From a bacterium (GTDB taxonomy: Bacteria; Methylomirabilota; Methylomirabilia; CAVQYV01), in assembly GCA_043800755.1 (NCBI GenBank), contig JAZDMQ010000162.1, positions 1-13,678 on the forward strand: a stretch of 13,678 nucleotides of DNA. The letters are read 5' to 3'. Under the pieces are notes generated by a model that worked only from the letters and a program-made list of their open reading frames with translations, had not been told where the DNA came from and made no database searches. The translations under genes were made by a program, and so were the position numbers. Shown here in pieces: positions 1 through 9,744 of this stretch. Each line of letters begins with the position of its first letter. Within the stretch, counting starts at the first letter, position 1.

Positions 1-2
1 TC

Positions 3-740
3 TATCTCTTCCCGGAGCTGGACGAGCGGGACTTCGTCATGCGGTCGGTGATGAAGATCAACTCCGAGATCCCCGGGGCCTATGTCTTCTCCAGCGGCAA
101 GGATATGGGCGGGTTCAAGGGGGTAGGATATGCGGAGGATATCGGGCACTTCTTCCGCCTGGAGGAGTACGAGGGCTACCTGTGGACCGCCCACCAGAGA
201 TTTCCCACCAATACCCCGGGTTGGTGGGGCGGAGCCCACCCCTTCTGCCTTCTCGATTGGTCCATCGTCCACAATGGAGAGATCTCCTCTTACGGGATCA
301 ACAAGCGGTACCTGGAGATGTTCGGTTATCAGTGCACCCTCTTCACCGACACCGAGGTGATCGCCTATCTCTTCGACCTCCTCTCCCGGAGGCACCGCCT
401 CCCCCTGAGCCTCGTGTGCCAGGCCCTGGCCTCCCCCTTCTGGAAGGACATCGATCGACTGCCGGAGGAGGACCGCTCCCTCTATGAGGCCCTGCGCATG
501 ATCTATGGCAGCGCCTTGCTCAACGGCCCCTTCGCGGTACTGGTCGGCCATCACCGGGGGCTGATTGGCCTGACCGATCGCATCAAGCTCCGCCCTCTGG
601 TGGCCGGCATCCAGGGGGATTTCGTCTTTATGGCCTCCGAGGAGGCGGCCATCCGCGAGATCTCCCCCAGCCTGGAAAAGGTCTGGTCGCTGAAGGCCGG
701 AGAACCTCTGATGGTGGAACTGGAGGCCCAAGCATGTTGA
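3..740 (+). CDS. Class II glutamine amidotransferase subunit of split (archaeal-type) glutamate synthase (GltB1-like); 5'-truncated by the window edge
   Basis: Frame is open from position 3 ([13 protein letters not shown]...), so the true start is outside the window. Motifs [25 protein letters not shown] and DRIKLRPL are typical of the GltB GATase domain. Its TGA overlaps the next gene (ATGTTGA at 734-740). Confidence 0.93.
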   Translation, partial: YLFPELDERDFVMRSVMKINSEIPGAYVFSSGKDMGGFKGVGYAEDIGHFFRLEEYEGYLWTAHQRFPTNTPGWWGGAHPFCLLDWSIVHNGEISSYGINKRYLEMFGYQCTLFTDTEVIAYLFDLLSRRHRLPLSLVCQALASPFWKDIDRLPEEDRSLYEALRMIYGSALLNGPFAVLVGHHRGLIGLTDRIKLRPLVAGIQGDFVFMASEEAAIREISPSLEKVWSLKAGEPLMVELEAQAC

Positions 741-2239
741 AGACTGCTCTTCCCTCAGAATTCTATGTGGATATCGACCACCGCCGCTGCGTGCGCTGCA
801 AGCGCTGCATCCAGAATTGTGGCTTCTCGGTCTACAGCTTCGCCGACGGGATCGTGCCCGATCACTCCAAGTGCGTGGCCTGCCACCGCTGCGTCACCTA
901 CTGTCCGCAGCAGGCCATTCGCATCGAGCATCGCCCCCTGGCCTTCCGCCAGAACGCCAACTGGTCTCCGCACCACATCATCGATATCTGGAGACAGTCC
1001 CTGGCCCCGGGCATGCTCCTCACCGGGATGGGAAACGACCTGCCCTACCCCATTCTCTGGGATCACCTCCTGCTCGACGCCTGTCAGGTAACCAATCCCT
1101 CCATTGACCCGCTGCGGGAGCCAATGGAGCTGCGTACCTATCTGGGGAAGAAGCCCGATCTCATCAACATCCTGAAGAGGCGGGAGGGCGGGTTCCTGCT
1201 GAAGGAGGCTCTCCCTCCCCAGATCCGCCTGGACATCCCCTTCCTCTTCTCCGCCATGTCCTTTGGTTCCATCAGCCTCAATGCCCAGAAGGCGATGACC
1301 ATGGCGGCCAAGGAGTTGGGGATTGTGATGAACTGCGGCGAGGGCGGACTCCATCAGGACCTCTATCCCTATGGAGATCACATCGTGGTACAGGTGGCCT
1401 CCGGCCGCTTCGGGGTTCACCGCGAATACCTGAACGCCGGCGTGGGGGTGGAGATCAAGATTGGACAGGGTGCCAAGCCCGGCATCGGTGGCCATCTTCC
1501 CGGAGAGAAGGTCTCCCAGGAAGTCTCCCAGACCCGGATGATCCCCATGGGCACCGATGCCCTCTCCCCGGCCCCCCACCACGACATCTATTCCATCGAG
1601 GACCTGCGCCTCCTGATCTACGCCCTGAAAGAGGCCACCGACTACAAGCCGGTCTCGGTGAAGATTGCGGCAGTGCACAATGTGGCGGCGATCAGCTCGG
1701 GCATTGTGCGGGCCGGCGCCGATATCCTGCATATCGATGGCTTCCGGGGCGGGACCGGCGCGGCGCCTACCATCATCCGCAACCATGTGGGGATTCCCAT
1801 CGAGTTGGCCCTGGCTGCAGTGGATGACCGCCTGCGGCAGGAAGGGATCCGCAACCAGGTCTCGCTGGTGGCTGCCGGCGGGATTCGCTCCAGCGCCGAT
1901 GCCGCCAAGGCTATTGCCCTGGGCGCCGATGCGGTGGCCCTAGGGACTGCGGCCCTGATTCCATTGGGCTGCAATGTCTGCCAGAGGTGTCACACCGGAA
2001 ATTGCTCCTGGGGGATCGCCACCCAGAGGCCAGAGTTGGTGCAGAGGCTGGATCCGGAGGTGGGGGCGGAGAGGTTGACTAACCTGCTCTCTGCCTGGGC
2101 CCTGGAGATTAAGGAGGTGCTGGGAGCCCTGGGGATCAATGCCCTGGAGAGCCTACGCGGAAACCGGGAGAGGCTGCGCGGCCTTGGCCTGGACGCCCAG
2201 ACCCTGGGGATCTTGGGGGTCAAGCCGGCTGGACGATGA
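734..2239 (+). CDS. gltB: Glutamate synthase FMN-binding subunit with N-terminal 2x[4Fe-4S] ferredoxin domain (GltB2-like)
   Basis: [11 protein letters not shown] and [12 protein letters not shown] ferredoxin motifs. [72 protein letters not shown] and the C-terminal Fe-S motif [13 protein letters not shown] match the glutamate synthase FMN domain. Confidence 0.96.
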   Translation: MLKTALPSEFYVDIDHRRCVRCKRCIQNCGFSVYSFADGIVPDHSKCVACHRCVTYCPQQAIRIEHRPLAFRQNANWSPHHIIDIWRQSLAPGMLLTGMGNDLPYPILWDHLLLDACQVTNPSIDPLREPMELRTYLGKKPDLINILKRREGGFLLKEALPPQIRLDIPFLFSAMSFGSISLNAQKAMTMAAKELGIVMNCGEGGLHQDLYPYGDHIVVQVASGRFGVHREYLNAGVGVEIKIGQGAKPGIGGHLPGEKVSQEVSQTRMIPMGTDALSPAPHHDIYSIEDLRLLIYALKEATDYKPVSVKIAAVHNVAAISSGIVRAGADILHIDGFRGGTGAAPTIIRNHVGIPIELALAAVDDRLRQEGIRNQVSLVAAGGIRSSADAAKAIALGADAVALGTAALIPLGCNVCQRCHTGNCSWGIATQRPELVQRLDPEVGAERLTNLLSAWALEIKEVLGALGINALESLRGNRERLRGLGLDAQTLGILGVKPAGR

Positions 2240-2275
2240 TGGGCACCAGCCCCTGTGAAGGAAGGAAATAGGATC

Positions 2276-3022
2276 ATGTTGCGAATAGATGCCAGAGGGC
2301 TGCATTATCGGGAACTCAATCACCTGGTCCGCCAGGCCGTGGCCGGGGGCGAATCGGATATCCTCCTCGACCATGTCAATGGCCAGCGCTATATCGGAGA
2401 CGCCCTCAAGGGTCAGGTTCAGATTCGCATCCAGGGGACCCCGGGCGAGGACCTGGCCGCCTTCATGGATGGGCCCACCATCAGGGTGGAGGGAAATGCC
2501 CAGGATGCGGTGGCCAACACCATGAATTTGGGAAAGGTGGTCATCACCGGCCAGGCCGGGGATGTCCTCGGCTACGCCATGCGCGGAGGGAAGCTTTATG
2601 TGGGCGGGGATGCGGGATACCGCATTGGGATTCACATGAAATCCTATCGCAGCCAGGTCCCGGTCATCGTCATCGGCGGCAGAGTGGCGGACTTCTTAGG
2701 AGAATACATGGCCGGCGGGGCCCTGATCGTCCTGGGGATGGGAAAAGAGGAAGAATCCCCTGACAGGCCTCTGGCCGGAGAGTACCTGGGGGTTGGCATG
2801 CACGGAGGGGCGATCTATCTGCGGGGGAGGGTCAATCCTCACCAGATCGGCAAAGAGATTGCCCCCACTGAATTGACCGAGGCGGACCACCGCCTCCTGC
2901 GCACAGAATTGACCGAGTTCTGCCAGGACGAGGGGTGGGATCTGGAGAAGGTGCTGGAAGTTCCCTTCCTCAAACTGGTCCCCCTCTCCCTCAGGCCCTA
3001 TGGAGGCCATTACAGTTATTAA
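2276..3022 (+). CDS. GXGXG beta-helix subunit of split glutamate synthase (GltB3/FwdC-like)
   Basis: Repeated motifs NGQRYIG, GEDLAAFMDG, GDVLGYAMRGG, GYRIGIHMK, DFLGEYMAGG and GVGMHGG. ATG 2276 follows purine-rich AAGGAAGGAAATAGGA and is preferred over GTG 2255. Confidence 0.92.
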   Translation: MLRIDARGLHYRELNHLVRQAVAGGESDILLDHVNGQRYIGDALKGQVQIRIQGTPGEDLAAFMDGPTIRVEGNAQDAVANTMNLGKVVITGQAGDVLGYAMRGGKLYVGGDAGYRIGIHMKSYRSQVPVIVIGGRVADFLGEYMAGGALIVLGMGKEEESPDRPLAGEYLGVGMHGGAIYLRGRVNPHQIGKEIAPTELTEADHRLLRTELTEFCQDEGWDLEKVLEVPFLKLVPLSLRPYGGHYSY

Positions 3023-3031
3023 AGTGTATAA

Positions 3032-3397
<366 letters not shown>

Positions 3398-3476
3398 CGA
3401 AAGAGGAGCTCTTCATCCCCGTACAGTGCTCAGAAACAAACCCTTAACCGTCAAAAAGGACAGCAAGGAGGATAGC

Positions 3477-4889
3477 ATGACACCCAAGGAAGTCTTGGAA
3501 TTTGCCGAGACCCATAAGGCGAAGATGCTGGATCTGAAGTTCATGGATTTTCCCGGCATGTGGCAGCATTTTTCAGTCCCCATTCATCAGCTCTCTGAGG
3601 ATTCCTTCGAGGAGGGATTCGGTTTCGATGGATCCAGCATTCGGGGATGGCAGGCCATTCACACCTCCGATATGCTGGTCATCCCCGACCCGAATACCGC
3701 GGTGATTGACCCCATCATGGAAGCCCCGACCCTCAGCCTGATCTGCAACATCGTGGATCCCATCACCAAGGAACGCTACACCCGGGATCCCCGAAATATC
3801 GCGCAGAAGGCGGAAGCTTATCTAAAATCTACCGGCATTGCCGATCAGGCCTTCTTCGGCCCGGAGGCAGAGTTCTTCATCTTCGATGACATCCGTTACG
3901 ACTCGAAAGAGAACTGTGCCTATTACTTTATCGATTCCATCGAAGGCCAGTGGAATACCGGGGCGGAGGAGATGCCCAACCTTGGCTACAAGCCCCGTTA
4001 CAAAGAGGGCTATTTCCCGGTTCCCCCTACCGATAGCCTCCAGGATCTGCGGACTGAAATGGTACTGATCATGGAAAAAGCGGGGATTGAGATCGAGGCC
4101 CAGCACCACGAGGTGGCCACGGCGGGGCAGGCCGAGATCGACATTCGCTTCTCCCCTCTTACCGAGATGGCGGACAAACTCATGATGTACAAATACATCA
4201 TCAAGAACGTGGCCCGCCAACACGGCAAGACGGCAACCTTCATGCCCAAGCCCATCTTTGGAGACAATGGCTCCGGGATGCACACCCACCAGAGCCTCTG
4301 GAAGGGAGGAAAGCCCCTCTTCGCCGGCTCCGGCTACGCGGGGCTCTCTGACATCGGCCTCTATTACATTGGGGGCATCCTGAAACACGCCGCCGCCCTC
4401 TGCGCCCTGGTGGCACCCACCACCAACTCCTATAAGCGGCTGGTCCCGGGCTATGAGGCCCCGGTCAATCTCGCCTATTCGAGCCGCAACCGAAGTGCGG
4501 GCATCCGCGTCCCCATGTATTCGCCCAGCCCCAAGGCGAAGCGGGCCGAGGTTCGCTTCCCGGACTGCACCTGCAACGGCTATCTGGCCTTTGCTGCGAT
4601 GTTGATGGCGGGTTTGGATGGGATCCAGAACAAGATTGATCCCGGACAGCCGCTGGACAAGGACATCTACGAGCTCGGTCCTGAGGAGTTGAAAGATGTG
4701 CCCTCGGTCCCTGCCTCTCTCGAAAAGGCCCTCGATGCCCTGGAGGCGGACCATGAGTTCCTGTTGAAGGGGGATGTCTTCACCCCGGATGCGATCGATG
4801 TATGGTTGAGCTACAAGAGAACGCGAGAGGTGGACGCGGTGCGGCTGCGGCCCCATCCCTACGAGTTCACCCTCTACTACGACATATAA
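3477..4889 (+). CDS. glnA: Glutamine synthetase type I (GSI-beta-like), 470 aa
   Basis: RBS AAGGAGG precedes ATG 3477. Motifs [78 protein letters not shown] and EVRFPD. DKDIYEL is at the adenylylation-site position. Confidence 0.98.
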   Translation: MTPKEVLEFAETHKAKMLDLKFMDFPGMWQHFSVPIHQLSEDSFEEGFGFDGSSIRGWQAIHTSDMLVIPDPNTAVIDPIMEAPTLSLICNIVDPITKERYTRDPRNIAQKAEAYLKSTGIADQAFFGPEAEFFIFDDIRYDSKENCAYYFIDSIEGQWNTGAEEMPNLGYKPRYKEGYFPVPPTDSLQDLRTEMVLIMEKAGIEIEAQHHEVATAGQAEIDIRFSPLTEMADKLMMYKYIIKNVARQHGKTATFMPKPIFGDNGSGMHTHQSLWKGGKPLFAGSGYAGLSDIGLYYIGGILKHAAALCALVAPTTNSYKRLVPGYEAPVNLAYSSRNRSAGIRVPMYSPSPKAKRAEVRFPDCTCNGYLAFAAMLMAGLDGIQNKIDPGQPLDKDIYELGPEELKDVPSVPASLEKALDALEADHEFLLKGDVFTPDAIDVWLSYKRTREVDAVRLRPHPYEFTLYYDI

Positions 4890-4925
4890 GAGCTGCCAAA
4901 AGGCCCCCCTTTCCCCCTCTGAATA

Positions 4926-4999
4926 GCAAGGCCCCTCGTCGCCGCGCCGGGACGGGGGGCCTTGCCTTTCCCTTCCTTTCCTTTCCTGCCTTTTCTTTC
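4926..4999 (+). terminator. Probable intrinsic terminator of the glt-glnB-glnA cluster
   Basis: 15-bp stem GCAAGGCCCCTCGTC (4926-4940) / GACGGGGGGCCTTGC (4951-4965), with one G-U pair and a 10-nt loop. It is followed by a pyrimidine-rich tract rather than a pure U run. Confidence 0.75.
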
Positions 5000-5238
5000 T
5001 GCTGTCTTTCTCCTGGTGCGGGCGCGCCCTCAGAGTTCGGGAGGCAGCCCCTCTCCTGCCACGGCAGGCCGAAGTCGCGCCCCGTGTACCCTAAACCGTA
5101 GACGGTTGTTAGTTGAATGCAGCGATGAACGAAGAAGGCCACCAGGGCAGCAGTGCCGGCGGCCGCGAGCGCTACCTCCAGCCTGGAATCGAACGGAACC
5201 AACAGATAATCCATGGCATGAGATATACAGCCTCAACG

Positions 5239-5260
5239 AAAAAAGCCCCTCAATGAGGGT
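5239..5260 (-). terminator. Possible weak intrinsic terminator downstream of the DUF1207 gene
   Basis: Minus strand reads ACCCTCATTGAGGGGCTTTTTT: a 5-bp stem with a 3-nt loop and then six U, about 200 nt past the stop at 5466. Confidence 0.35.
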
Positions 5261-5465
5261 CAATAGAGATGGACACCGTGGACCACGGTGACAAGGTGAT
5301 GGGGGCTTCCGTGGGAAATCGGCGAATGAGCGTTGAAGGCTGTTTCAGGACGAAGGAGAGGAGAGGGGTGTGGGCAAATCGGGGCTTCAGGGGCCGACCG
5401 GGGTTGGCGAGGTGTCGGCTGGATGGAACCCGGAGCCTTTCTTTGAAGGGATACGCCCCCGGCGC

Positions 5466-6698
5466 TCAGAGATGAAAGTGGGCTCCCAGACCGAGGTATT
5501 GCGTCTTTTTCTTATAGAACTGACCATCGGGGGAATAACCGTCATAATACTGCAGAAGGAGCTCCAGGTTACGCCCCAATACCTCAACGCTGTCGAACTG
5601 AATGCCAGCACGCACGGAGAGGTCTGGGCGCCAACCGTTTTCCTCATGATTCTTCATATCCACGCCCCCGACTGGCCTGATGCGGCCCTCCCAGGATGCC
5701 CACGGGCTCCTGAACTCAAGTCCCGCTTGAGTGGCCCAGCGTTTGATGTCCGTCTCCTTCTGGTTGAAAATGTATACGCCGCCGCCGTAGAGGCGAAATC
5801 CGCGGGGTAGATCGTAGGAAAGCTTCAAGTCCACGGCTTCGAGGCTTAAGTCAAGCCGCTTGACGCTCCCTCGCAGGAGGAACTCGTCGCCCAGATGAGA
5901 GCTTCGATGATAGACGCGCGCCATAGCTGAGGCCTGCCCCATGCGATAGGCACTGTGCAGGGCGACCCAGTAATCCGCATTGATCAGATCGTGGGATTCC
6001 GCCGCGAGGTCGAAGATCGCAAATACCCCGGCTTGAATTCCCAGTTCCGATTGCCCGTCGAAGGGGCCTCGAAATCTGAACAACGAGAAGATCTCCCCTA
6101 AACTGACAGCGCCCACATGGGTGATTTCCTTGTCATGGATGTGATAGTTGTAGGAAGCGGAGAAATGAAGCCAACGCGGATCGGCCAGGAGCGGACTGAA
6201 AAGGTGTCCTACGGGGAGCCAACCGACCGGCAACGACACCGAGGCCGCCGAGGCCTCCTGATCTCCAACTTGTGCAGGGGCTGAGGGTGGCGGTGCAGCG
6301 GCGGTGGAGTCCGCCTCGTTCGCCTCGTTCGCGGGAGAGTCCGCCTCTGCCATCTCACCCTTCATCCTCCCGGGGATACCCCAGAGGGCGGCAGCGTGCT
6401 TCTCGAGATCGAGGCCGGCACCTTCTTCCAGCATCGAGGCAATCGCGCCTTCCCTCACCTCCAAGAGAGGCACACCCAAAGACCAATTCGCCACGGTGGA
6501 CTGGGGAGACAGGAGGATCCAGGCGAGAAACCAGAGAGACCCACAGAGCATCTTTATGATAGACCCGCACATGGACCGATCCCCAGGACAGACACCTTCT
6601 GCGGTGGAACGGCAGATTGGATTGCCGGGCGCGAGTGCAGGTGTGGTGGCCTGCCCTGGGTATGACTGATCGATTTCCGAAGATGCCTTAGGGCTCAT
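5466..6698 (-). CDS. DUF1207-family protein, likely outer-membrane beta-barrel
   Basis: LFSPLLADPRW and YHRSSHLGDEF motifs recalled for DUF1207; alternating amphipathic strands; C-terminus YLGLGAHFHL resembles a beta-signal. Start ATG 6698 is chosen for RBS GAGGTG and the promoter at 6778-6806. ATG 6572, just before the hydrophobic segment, is an alternative. Confidence 0.8.
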   Translation of the reverse strand: MSPKASSEIDQSYPGQATTPALAPGNPICRSTAEGVCPGDRSMCGSIIKMLCGSLWFLAWILLSPQSTVANWSLGVPLLEVREGAIASMLEEGAGLDLEKHAAALWGIPGRMKGEMAEADSPANEANEADSTAAAPPPSAPAQVGDQEASAASVSLPVGWLPVGHLFSPLLADPRWLHFSASYNYHIHDKEITHVGAVSLGEIFSLFRFRGPFDGQSELGIQAGVFAIFDLAAESHDLINADYWVALHSAYRMGQASAMARVYHRSSHLGDEFLLRGSVKRLDLSLEAVDLKLSYDLPRGFRLYGGGVYIFNQKETDIKRWATQAGLEFRSPWASWEGRIRPVGGVDMKNHEENGWRPDLSVRAGIQFDSVEVLGRNLELLLQYYDGYSPDGQFYKKKTQYLGLGAHFHL

Positions 6699-6777
6699 GA
6701 ATCTCTCACCTCTCTTGGTTTTCGACCTGTAGACTTGCGCTACACGATGGGCAGTAACACGGTCCTCGCATCCAGCG

Positions 6778-6806
6778 ATTATAGCATCTACGGGAAAACT
6801 CCGCAA
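6778..6806 (-). promoter_or_regulatory. Sigma70-type promoter for the DUF1207 gene
   Basis: Minus strand TTGCGG (6806-6801), 17-nt spacer, TATAAT (6783-6778), with extended -10 TGc. Confidence 0.7.
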
Positions 6807-7035
6807 ATGCCTCGCCGCACCTCCTCCCTCCGAGACCCAAAGAGCGCCTTCTGTATCAAAAGAGAAGTGCTCGGGCGGCTCCGGGAGAGTGATGAAGATG
6901 CCTGTCCCGGGCACTGGAGGGGGTGAGCGAGAGAAGCGCCAGGCGTTACACAGTCGAAGAGGCCGAGGAGGTCCTTAGAAGAAGCAGGAAGCCGGAGTGG
7001 AGGGGCGACGGATGGCGATCTCCTTCCCCCTGTCA

Positions 7036-8121
7036 TTACATCCCCACAAGAGGACGCAGCGTCTCGACTTCATGCATATCGGCGACCATAAGATAGAGAA
7101 ACAATCCTCGGGGATTCAGTCGATCCACCAAAACGCGCAGCTCCTCTGGAGTAAAGGACCCCCGGACGATCAACGCCCGATTGGCCGCCTGGATTCTCTG
7201 GAAATACGGAAGCATGCCGCGAATATTGGGACCCCCCGAGTTCACTTCGTAGTTGACCTGAAGGCAACGGAGCTCTTCGATCTCCAAAATCAGATCCAGC
7301 AGAAACATGGAAGTGGCATGCAGATGCATGAAACTCCCAGAGAATTGTTGAGCAAGGTAGCGGTCTATCGGCTGTACGAAGGAACGATAGAGCTTGGGGG
7401 AATAGACCGCAATGGCATCTTCCTGCATCCGAATGATCGGCCCCTGCGTCCAGAGTTGATATTGCGCATCGAAGTAACCGTCACAGAACAAGGGAACCCG
7501 TTTCCAGAATTCCTCGGTAATCTCTTGAAAGATGTAGGCAAACCTCCAGAGCGCCTCCTGGGATTTCTCAGGTTCATCAATCAAATCGGTCAAGCTCCGG
7601 GTATGTCCACGAAAGGATCCCAACAGATCCGTGGGACCGAACAGCGTTCCGTGGCTTACGGGAAATCGGCCCTGGGACCACCTCACCAGGGTCTCCCCAA
7701 ATTCCATATATTTCTTGTACCAGGGATTTTCCGGATCCAGGCGGAGCTGTGCCAATTCCTCCCAGGGGAGCGATTGTTCCGCGCTCAGGACATTGCCTGG
7801 CAGAATCCGCAGCATGCTGCCCAGCATGCCATCCAGCCAGGGGACGGCCTGAGAGGGTGAGGCGCCCCGGAGGATGTCATCGTCCATCGCCTCCCCTTCT
7901 TGCAGGAGCTGTTCCTGATCCTCCATAAAGGCCTCCGGGTTGACCATCTCCGGGGTTAGAACGGCATGCGATTTCCAGGCCCTGCTCGCTGCAAACTCCT
8001 CGAGGGGGAACCAGCTTTTGATGGAAAACCCCACCAGAGGACGTGTGCCTGTGTCTCGATTCCAAACGCCTTTATATCGTTCAACCTTTGCTGGATCGTT
8101 CCCAAATGGATAGATTGACAT
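7036..8121 (-). CDS. Uroporphyrinogen decarboxylase/cobalamin methyltransferase (URO-D/MtaA) superfamily protein, function unknown, 361 aa
   Basis: RBS GGAGGT precedes ATG 8121. GPTDLLGSFRG, DLIDEPE, QEDAIAVYSPKLYRSFVQP and FMHLHAT follow the URO-D-like barrel pattern. The HemE MRQAGR motif is absent. Confidence 0.72.
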   Translation of the reverse strand: MSIYPFGNDPAKVERYKGVWNRDTGTRPLVGFSIKSWFPLEEFAASRAWKSHAVLTPEMVNPEAFMEDQEQLLQEGEAMDDDILRGASPSQAVPWLDGMLGSMLRILPGNVLSAEQSLPWEELAQLRLDPENPWYKKYMEFGETLVRWSQGRFPVSHGTLFGPTDLLGSFRGHTRSLTDLIDEPEKSQEALWRFAYIFQEITEEFWKRVPLFCDGYFDAQYQLWTQGPIIRMQEDAIAVYSPKLYRSFVQPIDRYLAQQFSGSFMHLHATSMFLLDLILEIEELRCLQVNYEVNSGGPNIRGMLPYFQRIQAANRALIVRGSFTPEELRVLVDRLNPRGLFLYLMVADMHEVETLRPLVGM

Positions 8122-8271
8122 ACCTACCTCCGTCATGTTCCCTGACTCTGTCTCGCGCCTCCGTCGTCTCCACTCCAGCCCCGCAGGACCCGCCGTGCGG
8201 GCGGGGAGCTTCACTGCGATCGGCATCGCTAGGTCGTGCAGGACAGTGCCGGCTGAAAGCCGGCAGCAGCT

Positions 8272-9594
8272 CTACCGTTTCATCGCCTTGAAGGCATCGT
8301 CGACGATCCCAAGGGTCTTGTCGACATCCGCCTCGGTGTGGGCGATGGAGATATAGAACTTCTCGTTGGGATTGACGAGCAGGCCCCGCCGCAGAAGCTC
8401 GACCGCCCACTTCAGGCCCAGGCCTTTGTCGGCCGTGAGGAGGTCTTCCCAATTGCGCAGCACCTCGCGTTCGGTGAAGCGAACCCCGAAGACAGCGTCT
8501 TCGCCCGGGCACTGAACGGCAAAGCTGTGACGGGCGGCGAGCTCTTTGATACCCTTGCGGAGGCGCCCGCCGATCCGGTGGATCTGCTCGTAGGTGCCGG
8601 GCCGGGAGAGTACATCGAGAGCGGCATTGCCTGCAGCGGCGCAGATCGGATTGCCGTTCAGCGTGCAGGTGGCCCAGGCAATCAGGGACCTCTCTGCGCG
8701 CCGGCCGTCGAGAGAAGCCATGACGGCCGCTTGACCGACGATCGCCGCCATCGGCAAGCCGCCGCTCATCGCCTTCCCATAGGTCGCCATATCCGGTATG
8801 ACCCCATACTTCTCCTGCGCCCCGCCCCAGGCGATCCGAAAGCCGGTCACGACTTCGTCGAAGATGAGGACGATCCCGTGTCGCTTCGTAGCGTGCCGAA
8901 GGGCCTCCAGGAAGCGCTTCTCTGGAACGAGGACACGCTCCATTGGCTCAACGATGACCGCAGCCAGCTCATCAGCGTGCTCTTCAATGAGTTGGACGGC
9001 CCGCTCGGCATCATTGAAAGGGGCCACCAGCACCGTCTCAGCAATCTGCGATGGAATTCCGGCCGAATCCGGTTTCGCGCGCGGGTAGTCCGAGGGCTCG
9101 CTGGGCACAGTACCCCAGAGGGCGTAGTCGTGCATGCCGTGCCAACCGCCCTCGAACTTCATCACCTTCGTGCGGCCCGTAAAGACGCGGGCAATGCGCA
9201 GGGCAAAGTAGGTGGCCTCGGTCCCTGAACCAGCGAAGTGGGCGACCTCGCCGCAGGGGACGGCCTCCACGAGCCTTTTGGCCAGCCTGATCTCGTGCTC
9301 ATTGAGGAAGAAATAGGTCGTACCCTTGGTCAACTGGGCGCTTACGGCCTCGGTGATCGCCGGGTGGGCGTGCCCAAGGAGCACCGGGCCCGAGCCCAGG
9401 TGATAGTCGATGAACTCACGGCCGGAGACATCCCAGATGTGGCTCCCTTGCCCGCGGGCGATGACCATGTTGACCTCCGGGGGCAACACAAAGACGCCGT
9501 AGCCCCCTCCCGCAAGGTACCGATCGGCTTGATCCAGCAGCGCCGCCTGGCGCTCCGCGGGTGTGGCCTGCGATGAGTGGGTCGAGTTGGTCAT
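8272..9594 (-). CDS. PLP-dependent class III aminotransferase, glutamate-1-semialdehyde aminomutase (HemL)-like
   Basis: RBS AAAGGAG. Motifs GSHIWDVSGREFIDY, LLGHAHP, SGTEAT, KFEGGWHG, LIFDEVVTGFR, PDMATYGKAMSGGLP (PLP lysine) and TLNGNP. Confidence 0.92.
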   Translation of the reverse strand: MTNSTHSSQATPAERQAALLDQADRYLAGGGYGVFVLPPEVNMVIARGQGSHIWDVSGREFIDYHLGSGPVLLGHAHPAITEAVSAQLTKGTTYFFLNEHEIRLAKRLVEAVPCGEVAHFAGSGTEATYFALRIARVFTGRTKVMKFEGGWHGMHDYALWGTVPSEPSDYPRAKPDSAGIPSQIAETVLVAPFNDAERAVQLIEEHADELAAVIVEPMERVLVPEKRFLEALRHATKRHGIVLIFDEVVTGFRIAWGGAQEKYGVIPDMATYGKAMSGGLPMAAIVGQAAVMASLDGRRAERSLIAWATCTLNGNPICAAAGNAALDVLSRPGTYEQIHRIGGRLRKGIKELAARHSFAVQCPGEDAVFGVRFTEREVLRNWEDLLTADKGLGLKWAVELLRRGLLVNPNEKFYISIAHTEADVDKTLGIVDDAFKAMKR

Positions 9595-9716
9595 TTTGTT
9601 CTCCTTTCAGGCTGCCGCGTCTTTGCTTGGCTTTCTCATTCTCGCGTGGATGTCATAAAGTGAGAGGGCTGGCCCTCACCCCACCCCGGGAGTTTGTCAG
9701 CCCGCGGTAGGATGTT

Positions 9717-9744
9717 TTTATAGCAGTATCCGTAGGGGAGTCAA
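9717..9744 (-). promoter_or_regulatory. Sigma70-type promoter for the aminotransferase gene
   Basis: Minus strand TTGACT (9744-9739), 16-nt spacer, TATAAA (9722-9717), with extended -10 TGc. This implies a leader of about 115 nt. Confidence 0.6.

Noticed and set aside
5214..5229. TGGCATG resembling a sigma54 -24 box near nitrogen genes
   Set aside because: The -12 element reads ATAC rather than TTGC, and no plus-strand gene follows.
6699..6914. Longer start (6914) for the DUF1207 ORF
   Set aside because: A near-consensus promoter at 6778-6806 and the RBS before 6698 lie inside this extension.
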